Notes under the pieces: generated by a model
What the model was told of the DNA's origin: nothing
The model's input: the letters and a program-made list of their open reading frames with translations, nothing else
Databases searched by the model: none
Shown here: one piece after another, positions 62,701-64,000 of the stretch
Layout: each line of letters begins with the position of its first letter
How positions within the stretch are numbered: the stretch's first letter is position 1
Position numbers and translations under genes: made by a program
NCBI RefSeq assembly: GCF_000315625.1
Contig: NW_005434635.1
Location: 531,617-595,616, forward strand
Direction: 5' to 3'
Source of the DNA: Guillardia theta CCMP2712
Lineage: Eukaryota; Protista; Cryptophyta
DNA length: 64,000 nucleotides

Positions 62701-63403
62701 CGGATCAGTACTTCGGACAGCTATCCAAGCCATTACCTGGTCAGCACCAACGAGGAAAAAGCTGTTCCAGTGGAAGAAGACGACATCCCCCTGTTGCCCA
62801 TGGTGCGAAGGCAGGGAAGAAAGCTGGGTGCATGTTCAGCTAGCCTGCAAAGAATTTGAGCTCATGATCGCGTTGGCACACAACAGAGTAATGGAGACAA
62901 TCAAGGGATGCCTGACAGAAAGCTGGAAGAAGAAAAGTGTTGAACAGGAGAGTTGGTGGCAAACGCCAATCAACTCTATGACAGGGCTAGGACTGACTGC
63001 ACCAGAGCACGGCAATCTCATACCAGATGGGCTCTGCTACTTCAGAGGGAGCAATCGCATTGTGCTGGTGGAGATAGCGAGAACTTCAGAGTTCACGGGC
63101 GAGGGAAGCAGTCTGGCAAACCTGAAAGCAAAGTTTCAGGAGAAAGAACAGAAATATGCAGCACTGCGGGCAGAGATGACAAGCAGGAGCGACAACACAG
63201 AGGTCTTACAAGCCACGTTCATTGCAGGAGTGAGAGGCAGTATTATGGAGCGGGAATGGACCACAAATTTCCAGAACTTGCTCATGGACGAGGATATGAT
63301 TGACAGAGCCATGACCAAGATAGTCATCCAGCTGCTCGAAGTGCAACACATGCTGTGGACCTCAAGGAGACGAGGAGACACGACTAACAGAGAACAAGCA
63401 TGA
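59729..63403 (+). CDS. Truncated Pol: RT C-terminal part + degenerate RNase H + CCHC knuckle + PD-(D/E)xK endonuclease
   Basis: GLPQGGASSP, FADD, INNKKS, FKYLG, GGLQV (RT and thumb); CPWC..ESWVHVQLAC, AHNRV, IPDGL..VLVEIART..KEQKY (RLE); uninterrupted for 1224 codons. Confidence 0.92.
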   Translation: MIACNSGVELQIQTNEFNTGKIPLMIGLPQGGASSPQLANLVLCILSRQLDKCSTGTTNNLSFADDMVLIAHTMKEMRELVAVVDSFCKWSGLQINNKKSEITSFDYARKGEVPGANKITVMGEPVEALPATKPFKYLGYRISLWKEERRRIKGCPFTWGERAYVFEKTKELIKNISSSSYTPAQKFYLVKVGILNVFRYSAVMTGWTWRDLQELDQLWIRAFKQALGLSKSTGNGIFYLPTENGGLQVPHPAPILGRAALRYIEREVNSKQGGDIQDRLISKLRNWFAEWGCQTILELQREMNFRTMERDVVRGPEALAVWLAEKLNTRISWAHIEAGHLPGSISLLHRMEDMVANLNDSDRPQGWTTFQALWRQLPKLQFSLLRNIRPIADEELHLPRKLWPFPRQREEAEGIVMQLLQENVIWVSSVNRASGTKRKRREVASQDSATTRKRKSHPQSEEDREETSKKHREAAEERRPHPAHANTRSLMAKLLGNLDQQEHLILKGKESFKIKGDIAIMDRPRSHTGQEQDIKEAEPSLRSAPFARKEDDDGAKNPEKTEILLQIAKYISKTHNSSLNSQAWWEHLTTAMAEIRDRQQGLPLSYEFLEHLGMLAETKQFSNWPTLYHPTIQAATDSLQEDEVRREIIWIDQQEQYLSYAACESGTILIGWNQTCFRKEIPDGFMLVGKVPKGSEICYAANFWRTGDRSLRKSQDDLIVYCKESEQERIIVQLTVHLIPEQEELQEYRRKQNENYQASAKQEKNRNQVWSAIHGDISRNRKGRSMSIGYSTQDKEGEQERGAIKIHGKCSVIRAHTIALCILLQAIWEQRGKQKTIRKIFVLFKSTRMHRFLTDTLRWSTMQYEDELVYDLAGRLQECLSKFQREGIEINLSMIADHTVVQEAAEEARKGKSSFSSTWERALIDSDLGFCIADEENFKPGMDRLKIWDKIIREEQLELRRKEAPLTLTETFLLEPQAGRRILGRALQRCRGSVLRTAIQAITWSAPTRKKLFQWKKTTSPCCPWCEGREESWVHVQLACKEFELMIALAHNRVMETIKGCLTESWKKKSVEQESWWQTPINSMTGLGLTAPEHGNLIPDGLCYFRGSNRIVLVEIARTSEFTGEGSSLANLKAKFQEKEQKYAALRAEMTSRSDNTEVLQATFIAGVRGSIMEREWTTNFQNLLMDEDMIDRAMTKIVIQLLEVQHMLWTSRRRGDTTNREQA

Positions 63404-63976
63404 AGGATATAAGATGGTTGGAAGATGACTGGGTAAAGATCAACGAGGAAGGATCAAAAGGGAAGCCTCAAAAGCAAGCAACCAGGATCAGCATGGCAGG
63501 GAAGGGGCAAGGACACAGAAGACAGATGGAAGACGAAAGGGCAACGGTCAACGAGGAGAGACCGAAGGGGAAGCCTCACAGGCAAAAAACAACCAACATG
63601 GCAAGGAAGGGGCAAGGACACAGGAGACAGATGGATGACGACAGGGGAAAGGGCAACGAGGACAGACCGATGGGGAAGCTTCACAAGCGGCAGGCAGGGA
63701 AGGGACATGGACTTAGCGCAAAAAATAGAAAGGTGGACGGTTACACTGAAACCGTCAACCCGGGCCCGGAGGAGATACGGCACCGGCGGCTCGGAACGGA
63801 GGACTATGGAAACAACAGAAAAAGCGGAACAGCGATAGAACTCTGGATGCCACAACGGGCCATCCAAGAAGGGCCGCTCTGCCAAGCGTGAGAACCCATT
63901 TAGACTAGACTAGACCGGGAAGGTACCCGATGCGACTATTCTAGCATTCTAATAAAATCGACTACTACTACTACTA
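59730..63976 (+). mobile_element. E3: 5'-truncated non-LTR retrotransposon with a restriction-like endonuclease (Dualen/RandI-like architecture), inserted in telomeric repeats
   Basis: ORF begins inside the RT directly at the telomeric junction; shared 3' motif; (CTA)5 tail followed by GGTTTAGGG. Confidence 0.9.
63400..63891 (+). CDS. Possible 163-aa downstream ORF built from ~105-108-bp imperfect repeats; overlaps the Pol stop (ATGA)
   Basis: ATG at 63400 overlaps TGA at 63401; CAACGAGG recurs at 63441, 63549 and 63654. Confidence 0.35.
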   Translation: MKDIRWLEDDWVKINEEGSKGKPQKQATRISMAGKGQGHRRQMEDERATVNEERPKGKPHRQKTTNMARKGQGHRRQMDDDRGKGNEDRPMGKLHKRQAGKGHGLSAKNRKVDGYTETVNPGPEEIRHRRLGTEDYGNNRKSGTAIELWMPQRAIQEGPLCQA

Positions 63977-64000
63977 GGTTTAGGGTTTTTTGGTTTAGGG
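63977..64000 (+). repeat. Telomeric repeats (TTTAGGG, one degenerate unit) to the window end
   Basis: Directly visible. Confidence 0.9.

Noticed and set aside
59729-63403. Telomerase RT or Penelope/Athena-type element
   Set aside because: The C-terminal CCHC + PD-(D/E)xK endonuclease, 5' truncation and repeat tail identify a non-LTR RLE element; no GIY-YIG or TERT motifs
53834-64000. Defined target-site duplications or LTRs
   Set aside because: Flanks are periodic telomeric repeats, so TSD length cannot be determined; no long terminal repeats

Overview
Eukaryotic, intron-dense genomic DNA. The many ~40-60 nt introns, signal peptide + 'LRGG' leaders and TTTAGGG telomeric repeats suggest a cryptophyte alga such as Guillardia (inferred, not verified). 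Positions 1-53.6 kb are a compact gene-rich region: ApaG-domain, MORN, PDZ, METTL21-like, GT49/LARGE-like, profilin-like, FKBP-TPR, HEN1-like, glutaredoxin-DEP-DUF547, ricin-lectin/ADP-ribosylglycohydrolase, ankyrin, LRR, DSD1/D-threonine-aldolase-like, a giant Gly-rich/POMP-repeat protein and a kinesin-3. From ~53.76 kb to the end, three retroelements lie head-to-tail, each separated by short (TTTAGGG)n tracts. Two carry only an ORF1/Gag-like gene with no RT (E1 is frameshifted, E2 intact). The third (E3) is a 5'-truncated non-LTR element with RT, a degenerate RNase H, a CCHC knuckle and a PD-(D/E)xK endonuclease, resembling Dualen/RandI. All three share a bulged 3'-terminal stem-loop followed by AATAAA and a (TAA)n/(CTA)n tail that joins the telomere repeat at the same TA|GG register. 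This looks like a telomere-targeted autonomous/non-autonomous retrotransposon system. Exon boundaries were read by eye and are approximate; domain assignments come from motif recognition, not database searches.
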